Below, piece after piece: positions 33,628 to 44,288 of a stretch of DNA of 64,000 nucleotides (its first letter is position 1; the number at the start of each line of letters is the position of its first letter). Source of the stretch: a phage; the NCBI GenBank assembly GCA_024975835.1, contig GCA_024975835.1_4840.1; one strand, 5' to 3'. The translations under genes were made by a program, and so were the position numbers. The notes under the pieces are model-generated. The model worked only from the letters and a program-made list of their open reading frames with translations. It was not told the origin of the DNA and searched no databases.

Positions 33628-35011
33628 AAATTATTGTGTGACCAACCAAGGACTGTCAACCCTTTATCCCGTTTGTGCATGATCAGTTCATACAGGCCTC
33701 TTTGTGCTGCCTCACGGCATGCGCTTCTGTTGGTCATTGGCTTACACTGTGGCCTCACAACAGGCGTTTATTTTTCCAGGGCTTTCCACTTACAAGTCTT
33801 AACCAGACCGGGATACGGGCTTGTAAGATCGGGTTGGACACAACTTTGAGGACACTGACGACGTATACGAGTCACCCATAACAGATATTCGGATGCCAGT
33901 GTCCTCAAAGTTGCAACCAATGTCGCAACTCGCAGCTTCCATACAGAAGCAACTTGTCCTCTAACGCTCGGACCAAACGAGGCTGGCTGGTTGATTCAGA
34001 GCCGCTGGTTGCTCCAGCAAGCATGGGTTGATAGCCCGGCAACATAGAATCACCCAAAGATGAAGAACATTCATGACTCACATCACACCACGAATGGCCT
34101 GAAAGAGAATCGAACTCTTTAAATGCTCTTCATTTTGTGAACTTGAGAATACTACGCCTGTCTCGGGTTTCCCCTTAGTTCGGCCTCCCAGTCCTCGCCG
34201 CGCCGGGTAGCTAACCCTGATGGCTCGTCTGCTACTGAGTTCTTCTTGGTGCCCACCAGTGTCCGGAATGTGTAGGCATCGCAATCTGCAAGGCATGGTC
34301 TATTTCACCCAATGCTCTCTCAAGTTCACAAATCGAAGTGCCCTGACTCAACAGTATGGCCCAATATGCTGTTATCGTCCACCGGATTGGCCGCCCAATT
34401 TGTAGATCAACCTTTGGGTTTAAGATAAATTGTCAAGGCACTTCGATTTGTGTGCCCTTCACCTGCCAGGGATCAGGGCTGATGGCAAGACTTCGCTCAC
34501 ATCTTTCAAGATACTCGTGAGAATATCCTCAAAGATGTGGAGCCGTTTTAGGGAGTCGAACCCAAATGCTTGGCCAGCGCTGACCTTACATCCCATCTGA
34601 CTTAGGCAACCCACCTCTGCTTACTCAGGAGCTTATCCCCTTTGGACAGTCAGATATAACGGCATTGTCGACGGGAGCTTATTAATCACACCCTCCCGTC
34701 TATTTTAGTGCGCCGAATTTGGTGATGAGGAATCGGAAGACCTCACTGACTTATAGGCTGTTACGCCGCCATCAGAACTTCGGAATCATTAGCAGTTATT
34801 TGCTTGGTCAGTTTCTAAAAACCCGCAAAGTCACTCACAACGAAAACGAAAACCTGTTTGAGCACAAGACGCCATGTCCTGGGTTCACATCGAAGTGTTT
34901 GTCTAATGCCCAAACAGCTTTTCGTTCAGTGGGTTAACTATACTTTGTAACCCGTTATTGACAAAACCTTAAATTAAGTTGCGGTGTACTCAAGACCACC
35001 GCACTATTAAT

Positions 35012-35326
35012 CTACTTCAGCCAGCCCATGACTGCTTTGATGGTGTTGTCTGAATTAACTTCCACAGACTCAACCCAAACAGCCTGACACGAGGCCGAGA
35101 AATTATACAGGGCATCGTAGTTCTCAAACTTCTTGTCCACCAGAGCGATGGCACGCTTCCGTCCTGAGATTTCTACCTTGGTTGAGTCTTCAGATTTCAC
35201 CAGAGTGCATGAAACCCCATCCCAACCCAGTTGCTTCTGTAAATTCTCTAAATTGATCATAACTACCTCTTTGTCGATATTTGTTGGACATTTCCATTCG
35301 CGGACTATGTCAACACCCACCAACAT
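35012..35326 (-). CDS. hypothetical protein
   Basis: 104-aa ORF. Confidence 0.4.
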   Translation of the reverse strand: MLVGVDIVREWKCPTNIDKEVVMINLENLQKQLGWDGVSCTLVKSEDSTKVEISGRKRAIALVDKKFENYDALYNFSASCQAVWVESVEVNSDNTIKAVMGWLK

Positions 35327-35772
35327 TTTGCCGGAACTTACGCATCCGGCCTCGCCTGTTGGTGCTCCTTCGAATCCGGGAAGATCAGTAGGAACTATGA
35401 ATCAAGTTAATTCGACCAACAGGAACCTTGTTGCCCTTTGACGCAACATTATGAACCCTCTATGGAAGACTCATAATGTTGTCGGCGTGATGGAGATTAG
35501 CGCCCCCGACCTCCCCTTGTGTTGGTGTCGACTTGCCAACGGGGTGCTCTCTATTTCTGAGCTAATCACGCTGCAACAGGGAGTTTCGTTCTCCGACGGT
35601 CAAGTGCGTCCACTGACACCATGCAAGGTGGATATTGACTTATGAAGCCGGAGTCCTCGTCCTAGGACTGTGCTTGGCCTCAGCCTTTACACCGCTGGTC
35701 GCCCGACTCTTTACACCATAAAATTTACTATACTACAGCCAAGCTAATTTGAAAAGTCCTCTCCTCTTTGTG

Positions 35773-35919
35773 CTACACTGCCCACAGCAGTGCGGACGAA
35801 CCTTCACACAAAACCGGATGCGCCGAAGTGGGCGACTGTTTACCGGACTGATCGGGTAGACCCAGGAGAGAGCAGGTAATCCCGATCAGGAGGATGAGGA
35901 GTAACATCATGTAAAACAT
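35773..35919 (-). CDS. small membrane protein (48 aa; below ORF-track cutoff)
   Basis: ATG at 35919 preceded by GGAAGGGAGGG; MFYMMLLLILLIGITCSLLGL hydrophobic segment. Confidence 0.35.
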   Translation of the reverse strand: MFYMMLLLILLIGITCSLLGLPDQSGKQSPTSAHPVLCEGSSALLWAV

Positions 35920-35976
35920 AGTGTTCCCTCCCTTCCATGCAACTAACTTTACTGCAATTATTTATTGAATAAAGCG

Positions 35977-36546
35977 TTATTTTAACACTTCTAACTTCAC
36001 AATACGACGCAGAAGGTAAACATATTCGCCAGCAGCTTCATGCGTCATATAATGGGTAGAAGGTGTGGAATGAGTGTTCTGGGTTTCTTTTAATCCAACG
36101 CGTTCAGCCCAACCATTAATAGAGTTCCCATAGAAACCGATAATCGCGCCAAAATAAATACGCCCGCTTTCTGGCTCTAAAACGTAGTTGACAGTGAAGC
36201 AAATGTCAGAACGAATAGACTCCAGTTTCATACCAACACGACCTTCAGAGAATTCGTTACGAACATATAAATGACGGAAGCGATCGCGCCGTGCTTGTGA
36301 TGATTCTTCCAATTCTTGTCGAAGTGAAGAAGTTATGTCAATATTAAATGAAAATGTTGGATTTCGTAAATCAGAACGGGCCAACTCTAACGCAGATTCA
36401 ATAACGCGACGGAAATTGATACTTTTACCTGTCAGGCGTTTCACTTCATCGGTGATTTTTTCAAAAGGGATTTTCGTGGCGCGTTCCCCTTCGTATTTTG
36501 CTAACAAAGGAACAATGTGTTTCATGATTGCTGTGTTAATGTGCAT
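35977..36546 (-). CDS. hypothetical protein (AT-rich orphan)
   Basis: 189-aa ORF in an AT-rich patch between the tRNA region and baseplate genes; no family recognised. Confidence 0.45.
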   Translation of the reverse strand: MHINTAIMKHIVPLLAKYEGERATKIPFEKITDEVKRLTGKSINFRRVIESALELARSDLRNPTFSFNIDITSSLRQELEESSQARRDRFRHLYVRNEFSEGRVGMKLESIRSDICFTVNYVLEPESGRIYFGAIIGFYGNSINGWAERVGLKETQNTHSTPSTHYMTHEAAGEYVYLLRRIVKLEVLK

Positions 36547-36861
36547 TCCGGAGCCTCACTGGATTGATTAAATGTCTCCGTTATTATATTGGGAGTATGT
36601 TTATTGAATATAAACACAGGAATGACCAATAAAATAATGACAGTGATTATTAATAGGTAAAAACTACTTTTCTACAACATCAAGAAACTGTATCCTAACG
36701 CAGTGCCCTTCGAGTTGTGAGTGTTAACGAACAACGAGAAGCAGCCTCCATGGCTGTGGAATGGTGCTGCCCGCATAGGGCGGTGTTACGAGCGAGGGCG
36801 TTAGCCCCCTCGCGAGTTATATTCGAATAAATTAAACGCGCGCGAGCGTTTTGATTCCCGT

Positions 36862-36875
36862 TGGCTAAATATCTT
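36862..36875 (+). promoter_or_regulatory. late-promoter-like motif CTAAATA (T4 TATAAATA analogue)
   Basis: GGCTAAATATC about 40 nt upstream of the gp6-like start; motif recurs upstream of six other plus-strand structural genes. Confidence 0.45.
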
Positions 36876-36911
36876 CAACACCATATTCAAACTCAGGTGA
36901 TGGAGATTATC

Positions 36912-38690
36912 ATGGCCACGCAAACAGTCCCTTCACTCGATGTCAGGGCTTTCGAGTATCTTATCAAGAAGCGTATGAAAGCTGATCCAACTTTCAAGGA
37001 TTATGACTTTGAAGGTTCTGGTCTCAGTGCAATCGTGCGTATCTTGGCCTCGGATGCCAACTCTATCGGGTTCATGCAGAACATGCTGAATGGCGAAAGC
37101 CATCTTCACTCTGCTCAACAGCGTTCTAATGTCGGTCTTGCGGCCGGGTTCTTGTCGTACACCCCTCATAACTACCAGGCGGCGTACCTGTATGCAAACG
37201 TCACAGTCACTCCATATGACGCCAGCACGGCTCCGGACACGATTATAATGGATCGCCGCGCGATGTTCATTGGGGCGAAGGATGGCAAATCCTACAACTT
37301 CACGGTTGAACAACCTGTGAGTGCCTCTCTTGTAGACGGCTCTTACAAGTTCGAGAACATCAAACTCATACAGGGTAACTGGCTGTACAAGTCCTATGAC
37401 GTGGAAGGCAGCGCGATTTCTACCTATGTGATCCCATCTTCTTCCGTGGACATCGACCATATGGTAGTGCAGGTACAGGAATCTGAGACATCTGACGTGC
37501 GGTCTACCTTCTCACGGTATGTCAGCCCGTTCGATTTGAGCCAGTATGCGCAACTCTACTTCGTTGAGCTGGGGTTGGACGGAATGTACACGTTCGAATT
37601 CGGTGATGGGTACATCTGCAAGCGAGTAGAAGACGGCAATGTTGTGTACCTCCAGTATCTGGAGACAGCTGGTGCGGACGGCAATGACATCACTGCCTTG
37701 TCCTCCGCGTCTTCCATCGGGGGATTCAACCTTGTAGATGTTGAGCTGGTGTCAGAACGTTCTTCCGGCGGTGCGGACCCAGAGAGCATTGAGGACATCA
37801 AGCGCCTTGCTCCGCTGGCTTATCAGGCAGAGGGTGCGGCGGTAGCCGAAGTCGATTATGCTGTGTTGACCGAGCGTCTGTTCTCCAACGTCTCCCGCGC
37901 CAAAGCATATGGCGGAGACACGCTCTCTCCGCCCGACTCCGGATACGTTTACATTGCTGTGGTGCCTTCTGTTGGTGAGACGCTCTCGGACGCCGAGAAG
38001 GCAGATATCGTGGCGACGTTGGACAAGTACAATGTGGGTACGATCACACCCAAGATTGTCGACGCTGAACTGACTTATGTTGATGTCACCACCCGCGTGT
38101 TCTGGGATCCGACTTCCACGTCCTATACCGAAGAGCAGTTGAAGACAGTCGTGAAGAACGGTGTTGTCAACTGGGGCTTGGGGAACCTAGAAGGATTCGA
38201 CGAACTGTTCGATAAAGAGCAGTTACAGTCGGCCATCACCGACATGGACAGATCGATAGTGTCAAACATCACTTCTGTGAAGTATAAGCGCCATTTCAAG
38301 CCAGACTATGGGGTACTGGACAGCTTCACATTCGATTTTGGGCGCTCGATTGCGTCTGGTTCTGTGCGTATCAGTGGGTTTAAGCCGCTTCCGGCCGAGG
38401 TCGAATTCACTTACTACATACGCGACGTCAGTGGTGTCCTGAATATGTACAAGGTGAGTACAACAGACACGACCAAGGAATATCTGGTACAAGCTGTTGG
38501 AACGGTTGATTATGTGAATGGCGTTGTTGAACTCCAGCGTATCATAGTATCCAACTACAACACTGAGGGTGTGACAATAATTGTGTCTCCAGACGGTCTT
38601 GACCAGAACATTCAGGCCACACAGAATCAGGTGCTCCGCATCGGTGCTGTAACTGTGGAGCCGGAGGTGCGTTATGTCCAAAGATCTTAA
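36912..38690 (+). CDS. 6: baseplate wedge protein (T4 gp6-like)
   Basis: KDYDFEGSGLSAIVRILAS resembles the N-terminal region of T4 gp6 as recalled; about 590 aa; start at ATG 36912 with GGTGATGGAG site. Confidence 0.65.
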   Translation: MATQTVPSLDVRAFEYLIKKRMKADPTFKDYDFEGSGLSAIVRILASDANSIGFMQNMLNGESHLHSAQQRSNVGLAAGFLSYTPHNYQAAYLYANVTVTPYDASTAPDTIIMDRRAMFIGAKDGKSYNFTVEQPVSASLVDGSYKFENIKLIQGNWLYKSYDVEGSAISTYVIPSSSVDIDHMVVQVQESETSDVRSTFSRYVSPFDLSQYAQLYFVELGLDGMYTFEFGDGYICKRVEDGNVVYLQYLETAGADGNDITALSSASSIGGFNLVDVELVSERSSGGADPESIEDIKRLAPLAYQAEGAAVAEVDYAVLTERLFSNVSRAKAYGGDTLSPPDSGYVYIAVVPSVGETLSDAEKADIVATLDKYNVGTITPKIVDAELTYVDVTTRVFWDPTSTSYTEEQLKTVVKNGVVNWGLGNLEGFDELFDKEQLQSAITDMDRSIVSNITSVKYKRHFKPDYGVLDSFTFDFGRSIASGSVRISGFKPLPAEVEFTYYIRDVSGVLNMYKVSTTDTTKEYLVQAVGTVDYVNGVVELQRIIVSNYNTEGVTIIVSPDGLDQNIQATQNQVLRIGAVTVEPEVRYVQRS

Positions 38691-39528
38691 TAACGGACAC
38701 AATGGGGTGAAATATGAAACCCCATTGTTTTACCAGAATGAATTCCCAGTATTCATCGAGTTTATGGATACGTTCTTCAACTGGTTGTATCGACAGCAGG
38801 GATTCACCGAAGAGGAGATCTTGGCGTATCTGGCAGACACTGGTGGCTGGGTGAACCCAAATACGGATCAGTCTCCTATTGAGCAGTTGATTGACATCAA
38901 GAAGCGCAAGACGCCAGGTACTGAGGCCAAAGACTTCTTGGAAGACAAGTTCCTGACGCGCACGTTTGAGAACATGATGGCGCTAGACTTCGAAGATTTG
39001 CTGGACGTGGACGGTCGGCCATTAATCTCAATGGAAGACAAGAACGAACGCATCGACGATTGGTATGCTGATTTTGGATTCCAGAGAACGGTTGATAAGT
39101 CCTTCCTGGAGTTCGGGAAGTTTGTGCCAGTTGGTTCGGACAGTTTGGTGACTTCAGACGGAGACACTCTCTCTGTATATGTCGAGGGAACTGAACGCCG
39201 GACACTGGACCATGTACGCTGGTTGAAGTTACTTAAACACATTTATCGCATTCGCGGGACGAAGAAAGCGATTGAATTGTTCTTCTGGATTTACTTTGGT
39301 TGCCCAGTGAGTGTGTATTATCCCAAGGAAGCAATTGGTGGCCTGGATGACAACTTTGAATGTGACGGCGCGACAGGAATGCGTGACGATTACTACTATG
39401 ATGAATTCACGTATGTGATAAGAGTTCCTGGCAACGTATCTGATTTTGAAGGTGTGTTTGATCGCGTCTTCCGTCAGCATTTCCATCCTGCTGGGTTTAC
39501 TGTATTCCTAGAAAGTTCAAGGAGTTAA
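38674..39528 (+). CDS. baseplate-associated structural protein (putative)
   Basis: 284-aa ORF coupled to gp6-like gene (GGAGG site, 17-nt overlap); assignment by position only. Confidence 0.4.
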   Translation: MSKDLNNGHNGVKYETPLFYQNEFPVFIEFMDTFFNWLYRQQGFTEEEILAYLADTGGWVNPNTDQSPIEQLIDIKKRKTPGTEAKDFLEDKFLTRTFENMMALDFEDLLDVDGRPLISMEDKNERIDDWYADFGFQRTVDKSFLEFGKFVPVGSDSLVTSDGDTLSVYVEGTERRTLDHVRWLKLLKHIYRIRGTKKAIELFFWIYFGCPVSVYYPKEAIGGLDDNFECDGATGMRDDYYYDEFTYVIRVPGNVSDFEGVFDRVFRQHFHPAGFTVFLESSRS

Positions 39529-39530
39529 AA

Positions 39531-40721
39531 ATGGCCGATTTTCTGAGTCAATACACAGGTCAGCAGATTGATGCAATCCTTTCTTCTGTTGACGATAAAA
39601 TAAGCAAGACTGATGTTGTCAACGATTTCGCTGTTGATGATCCGTTGTTCCCTCCTTCAGCTCATTTGACATACGAGCTGAAGCGTTCTGTGGATAATAT
39701 CTACGACACACTGGAAAACAAAGTGATCCGCACCGACGGTGGTGAACAAACGATCAACGGGAGAAAGACTTTTGTTGCGTTGTTGACCGCCAACGGCGGC
39801 CTGACTGTTCCGGCTGGAAAGAAACTTTCTATCGCGGATGAGCCTACGATAGCGACAGATGGTGTTAACCTGAGCATGTTGAGAAAGCATGGTGTCAGTG
39901 AAGACACTACCCCACCTGGTTCTGGTTTGGCTGGGGAGTTGTTGGCATCCGGATATTACAAATTCAATTTGGATTTCACCAAATTGTCTGCGTATATCGG
40001 ATCAACGTTGCCGACTTCAATCCCAGTACAAACAGATTCTGGAGCGCGTTATTGGACAATGACTGCATTTTTTGATGCGTTGTTTGCAGATAACCGATTT
40101 AATGGATATGTGACAACGACAGCGTATGATGCAGATATGCTGAGTTTAGAGTCCCAGATTAATAACATCAACACATCGTTGAACGGGAAAGTCAACACAT
40201 CGACTTACAACACTAAGATGGCGTCATTGGATTTGAGTATCTCCAATATCAATACGTCTCTGGGTAATAAAGTCGAGGTCAGCACGTACAACACGAAGAT
40301 GACATCTCTGGATAACAGCATCAGTTCTCTTTCCAGTGATAAAGTTAATGTATCAACGTATAATGCCAAGATGACCTCTGTCGACAATAGTTTAGGGAAC
40401 GCCGTTTATCGTACCAAAACGAATTTGTCTTCTTACACGGTTTCGGCTTCTGGGACGACGGCTCTTCCAGATTTTGATTTGGTGAACCTTTGTCAAATAC
40501 TGGTGACCGCGCAATGGGGAACAGGTAACGTTGTTGATACATATCGAGTAACCATAACTCGCGACGGAACTATCAAATCGGAGTTGTTGGTTCAGAAAAG
40601 TACGAGCGGTACAGTGACGTTCACAGGTTCTGTGGTGGGTGGTAAATTGAGAATTTCCGTTGTTAATGCGAACACGACGACTGCGTGCTACGTTGACTAC
40701 AATCTAGTCGCTTCTTTCTAA
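39531..40721 (+). CDS. tail fibre/fibritin-like protein with internal 27-aa tandem repeats
   Basis: AAGGAG site; three repeats of the KVNTSTYNTKM-SLD-SIS type; Ser/Thr/Asn-rich. Confidence 0.5.
   Translation: MADFLSQYTGQQIDAILSSVDDKISKTDVVNDFAVDDPLFPPSAHLTYELKRSVDNIYDTLENKVIRTDGGEQTINGRKTFVALLTANGGLTVPAGKKLSIADEPTIATDGVNLSMLRKHGVSEDTTPPGSGLAGELLASGYYKFNLDFTKLSAYIGSTLPTSIPVQTDSGARYWTMTAFFDALFADNRFNGYVTTTAYDADMLSLESQINNINTSLNGKVNTSTYNTKMASLDLSISNINTSLGNKVEVSTYNTKMTSLDNSISSLSSDKVNVSTYNAKMTSVDNSLGNAVYRTKTNLSSYTVSASGTTALPDFDLVNLCQILVTAQWGTGNVVDTYRVTITRDGTIKSELLVQKSTSGTVTFTGSVVGGKLRISVVNANTTTACYVDYNLVASF
40164..40400 (+). repeat. in-frame tandem repeat (about 81 nt x 3) within the fibre-like gene
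   Basis: Repeated nucleotide and peptide units visible by eye. Confidence 0.5.
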
Positions 40722-40726
40722 AGTGA

Positions 40727-40740
40727 AAACTAAATACCCC
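40727..40740 (+). promoter_or_regulatory. late-promoter-like motif CTAAATACCCC
   Basis: 34 nt upstream of the first tailspike ATG (40774); part of an 11-bp inverted repeat with the GGGGTATTT ribosome-binding region. Confidence 0.45.
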
Positions 40741-40773
40741 TAGATGAAACGAACACATTTAGGGGTATTTGAA

Positions 40774-43700
40774 ATGGCTAATAAACCAACACAGCCTGTT
40801 TTCCCTCTCGGTCTGGTGGCTGAAGAGCAGTCTACTTTGGCTGGTGTCGTCAACACGGGTACGATTGAGCATGGACCAGATGCTGTCCTGACTTTACCCG
40901 AGGGTAATGCCAGCGCAGGACTCCCGTCTTCCGTTCGCTACAATGCCGACTCCGACGAATTTGAGGGCTTCTATGAAAATGGTGGATGGTTGCCGCTGGG
41001 TGGCGGTGGTATCCGCTGGGAAGTCCTTCCGCATGCCTCTACGGCAACGCTCACTGAAGGGCGAGGCTATCTCATTAATAATACCACAGGGGCATCTACA
41101 GTGGTTCTCCCTTCCCCTACGCGTGTTGGGGATTCTGTTACTATTTGCGACGCTTATGGGAAATTTGCCACTTACCCATTGACTGTGTCTCCTTCTGGAA
41201 ATAATTTGTATGGCTCCACTGAAGACATGGCTATAACAACTGATAACGTATCAGCAACGTTCACTTGGTCTGGACCTGAACAAGGTTGGATTATTACATC
41301 CGGCGTCGGTCTTGGCCAAGGTCGTGTCTACAGTCGTGAAATCTTTACAAAAATTTTGGCGTCTGAGACAAGTTCTGTCACTCTCAATACTCCACCAACA
41401 ATCGTGGACGTGTATGCTGATGGAAAACGTCTTGCGGAATCCAAATATTCACTAGATGGGAATGTAATCACTTTCAGTCCTTCTTTGCCAGCCAGCACAG
41501 AACTTCAGGTGATTGAATATACTCCTATTCAATTGGGTATTGGGGATGGTTCTGGCTCTTCCACGATTACCTGGGTCTATAATGGGGGTTCAGCGATTGG
41601 TGGTGAAACCGAAATCACGTTGGACGTCGTTGTTGATGATGTTCCGGCCATTGATATAAACGGAAGTCGCCAGTATAAAAATCTGGGGTTCACATTCGAT
41701 CCATTAACCAGTAAAATCACTCTTGCGCAAGAACTGGAACCAGAGGATGAAGTTGTTGTAATTATCAATGGAACACCAAACATCTATAATCAAATTGATC
41801 ATACTTTGCGGGAAGTTGCTCGCGCAACCAATGTTAAAGATACAGAGGTCGTTTATTTTAGTGTTGGTGCTGCGTTAAGTGGGTATAAAGTTATTTATGA
41901 CAAGGAGACGCAAAGGGCTTATCCCTTGCCTGCTGATATTGCCCCTGGTACTACTGCTGTCAGTCTTAGTTCTTCCGCTGTACTTGTGCATTCAGCGGGT
42001 TCTGTAGACCTCGGGGAATTGGCTGTTACTCGTGAAGAGTACGTCACATTGTCCGGAACATTTGATACTGGTGTAACAGTTAATACCAAGAATGAACTGG
42101 TTGTTTTTACTGATGGTAAGTACCGTTGGGATGGGGTGTTGCCTAAAGAAGTTTCTGCTGGCTCAACTCCAGAGACTGCTGGTGGTGTAGGTGCGGGAAA
42201 ATGGTTGAGTGTTGGTGATGTATCATTGAGAGCCGACTTACTGTCAGGTGGCATGACTGATTTAATTGGATTTCCTGGGTACAACAATCTTACAGCATTC
42301 TTGCATACCACTGTTCGTACAGTAGAAGAGTTCAGAAGTGACGGACTAACTGACGCACAGGTATTCCAAGCGGCAATCAATGCAGGTAACGTGCGTGTGC
42401 CAGCAGGTAGCGTTATTAACATCACAGGGAATATTGATATCACTATCCCAGCCAATCGTTTAATTGTTGTAGATGACGGAGGTATATTACGCTCTAACGG
42501 TCGTTTTACAGCTTACGGCGTAAACGATGTTCATTGGGTAATTAACGGACTAGTTGAAAGCACTGGCATGGTTGCGGCCCCGGCAAAATCTGGATGGCCC
42601 AATACAGCAGAAGGCACTCAAGCGGGAGATGAGCGTGGGTTTATTGAGTTTGGTGGTGTTGTATTCGCCGGTAACGATGGGAAGAATTATTCTGTAACTG
42701 GTTCAGGGCACATTCAGGGTCCATGGTCTGGAACTCCTAACGTTTCAGATTTAGCCAATCAGTTAAATAAAAAGGGTATTGCTGCGTGGAACTGCTCAGG
42801 ATTCACTGTTGAAGGCGTTAGTATCGACGGCTTTGAAGGTGAGCAAGTGTATTGGTTTGCTCGCAACGCAGACAACAGAGACGCAATTTTCAATAGAGTA
42901 AAAAGTACCAATGCACGTTTTAACGCCCTGAACATGAACGTGTACAGCGCAACAAAAAATATTCGTGTGATCGATTGTTACACCAATAATTCGTACAACG
43001 GAATTGAATCATCTGCTGGTGATATCATTAACACAATCCATGACAATCCGGTTAACACAGGTATTCTGTTTGGTTCAGGTACTGGTGGTGGCAACCGATT
43101 AATTGAAGGCAATCAGGTGAACGAATGCCTCGGAACACCTTATTCACTACTTTATAATAAGGACTATGAAAGTCGTGGGTATGTACCTAACGTTACAGTG
43201 GTAAACAACACCGCAACAAACCCCGGCGTTCACTTCATCGCCATCTCAGGCATCACTGGATTCAAAGTCGCCAACAATACATGTTACGGGCTTAAAACAG
43301 GTAGATTTATTCAGGCCACCGTTTTACAAGGCGGTATTATAGAAAATAATACTAACTACAAACCATCACCAGGGACAGAGCACGTCTATCGTGGCGAATG
43401 TTATAGCGTAGAAGAGCATAATAACGCGCGTGTACTTTTAGGCGGTTCGTATGTTACTGCCGCCGCGTCAGACCACGCCATAACCGGGGGGAATTCAAGC
43501 GCTATAACGACATTCGGCAATCGTGAAAACTTCAAGGATTTACGTGCTGACAGTCCAGCAATCGGAACTGGCGCAGAACTTAGATACTCTGTTGATATAG
43601 GCGCCGCATTTACTCCTGTATCGTTAAGTATGCAACTGACCACATATGGGGGTTCAGGCGCTCAAGCTGACTGGTCTATCAATAACCTAAAGATAAATCC

Positions 43701-44253
43701 TAATGATGTACTTGGGCAGTCATGGGTGTCTCGACATACAGGACATTGGGAACCTGGGACTGATGGTATACAAAATTTCGGGTCACCAACGCGCCGTGTT
43801 AACAACAGCTATTTCACGGTAGCGCCTACTGTAACGTCTAATGAAATGGCTAAAACTGCGCTGTTAGATCTATCTGAAGCAGAACGTAACGCGGCATTAG
43901 AAATTAAAGATAACATTCGCAAGTATAAGCTATTAGATGCTATCGCTATTAAAGGGGAGGATGGTGCCCGTTGGCACTTCGGTGTGGGTGCACAAACGGT
44001 AGGCGATATAATGAGAAAACATGGACTTAATCCTGCTGACTATGGGTTTTGGTGTCACGATACATGGGAAGACCAATACACGGATGTAATGAAAAAAATT
44101 TATACCGGAAATACCGTTGTAAATGAGGAAGGACTTTCAGTTCCTGAATACACATTAGAACCAACAGGTGAAAGGATGCTTGTTAGGACCGCCGGAGAAA
44201 ACTACGGCATTCGTTATGATGAATTGTCTATGTTTATATTAAGTGCAATATAA
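40774..44253 (+). CDS. tailspike protein with N-terminal anchor region, beta-helix and C-terminal chaperone-like domain
   Basis: 1159 aa; conserved about 130-aa module (VKDTEVVYFSVGA...KYRWDG) shared with the next tailspikes; Gly/Asn/Thr-rich beta-helix composition; start at 40774 because the promoter motif precludes the 40744 ATG. Confidence 0.7.
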   Translation: MANKPTQPVFPLGLVAEEQSTLAGVVNTGTIEHGPDAVLTLPEGNASAGLPSSVRYNADSDEFEGFYENGGWLPLGGGGIRWEVLPHASTATLTEGRGYLINNTTGASTVVLPSPTRVGDSVTICDAYGKFATYPLTVSPSGNNLYGSTEDMAITTDNVSATFTWSGPEQGWIITSGVGLGQGRVYSREIFTKILASETSSVTLNTPPTIVDVYADGKRLAESKYSLDGNVITFSPSLPASTELQVIEYTPIQLGIGDGSGSSTITWVYNGGSAIGGETEITLDVVVDDVPAIDINGSRQYKNLGFTFDPLTSKITLAQELEPEDEVVVIINGTPNIYNQIDHTLREVARATNVKDTEVVYFSVGAALSGYKVIYDKETQRAYPLPADIAPGTTAVSLSSSAVLVHSAGSVDLGELAVTREEYVTLSGTFDTGVTVNTKNELVVFTDGKYRWDGVLPKEVSAGSTPETAGGVGAGKWLSVGDVSLRADLLSGGMTDLIGFPGYNNLTAFLHTTVRTVEEFRSDGLTDAQVFQAAINAGNVRVPAGSVINITGNIDITIPANRLIVVDDGGILRSNGRFTAYGVNDVHWVINGLVESTGMVAAPAKSGWPNTAEGTQAGDERGFIEFGGVVFAGNDGKNYSVTGSGHIQGPWSGTPNVSDLANQLNKKGIAAWNCSGFTVEGVSIDGFEGEQVYWFARNADNRDAIFNRVKSTNARFNALNMNVYSATKNIRVIDCYTNNSYNGIESSAGDIINTIHDNPVNTGILFGSGTGGGNRLIEGNQVNECLGTPYSLLYNKDYESRGYVPNVTVVNNTATNPGVHFIAISGITGFKVANNTCYGLKTGRFIQATVLQGGIIENNTNYKPSPGTEHVYRGECYSVEEHNNARVLLGGSYVTAAASDHAITGGNSSAITTFGNRENFKDLRADSPAIGTGAELRYSVDIGAAFTPVSLSMQLTTYGGSGAQADWSINNLKINPNDVLGQSWVSRHTGHWEPGTDGIQNFGSPTRRVNNSYFTVAPTVTSNEMAKTALLDLSEAERNAALEIKDNIRKYKLLDAIAIKGEDGARWHFGVGAQTVGDIMRKHGLNPADYGFWCHDTWEDQYTDVMKKIYTGNTVVNEEGLSVPEYTLEPTGERMLVRTAGENYGIRYDELSMFILSAI

Positions 44254-44257
44254 CAAA

Positions 44258-44277
44258 AACCCCGCTTTGGCGGGGTT
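44258..44277 (+). terminator. rho-independent terminator
   Basis: AACCCCGCTTTGGCGGGGTT hairpin then CTTATTATAC. Confidence 0.5.
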
Positions 44278-44288
44278 CTTATTATACC

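Noticed and set aside
40744-40773. Upstream ATG (MKRTHLGVFE...) as start of the first tailspike
   Set aside because: It lies only 4 nt after the late-promoter motif and has no ribosome-binding site; the in-frame ATG at 40774 has a GGGG site.
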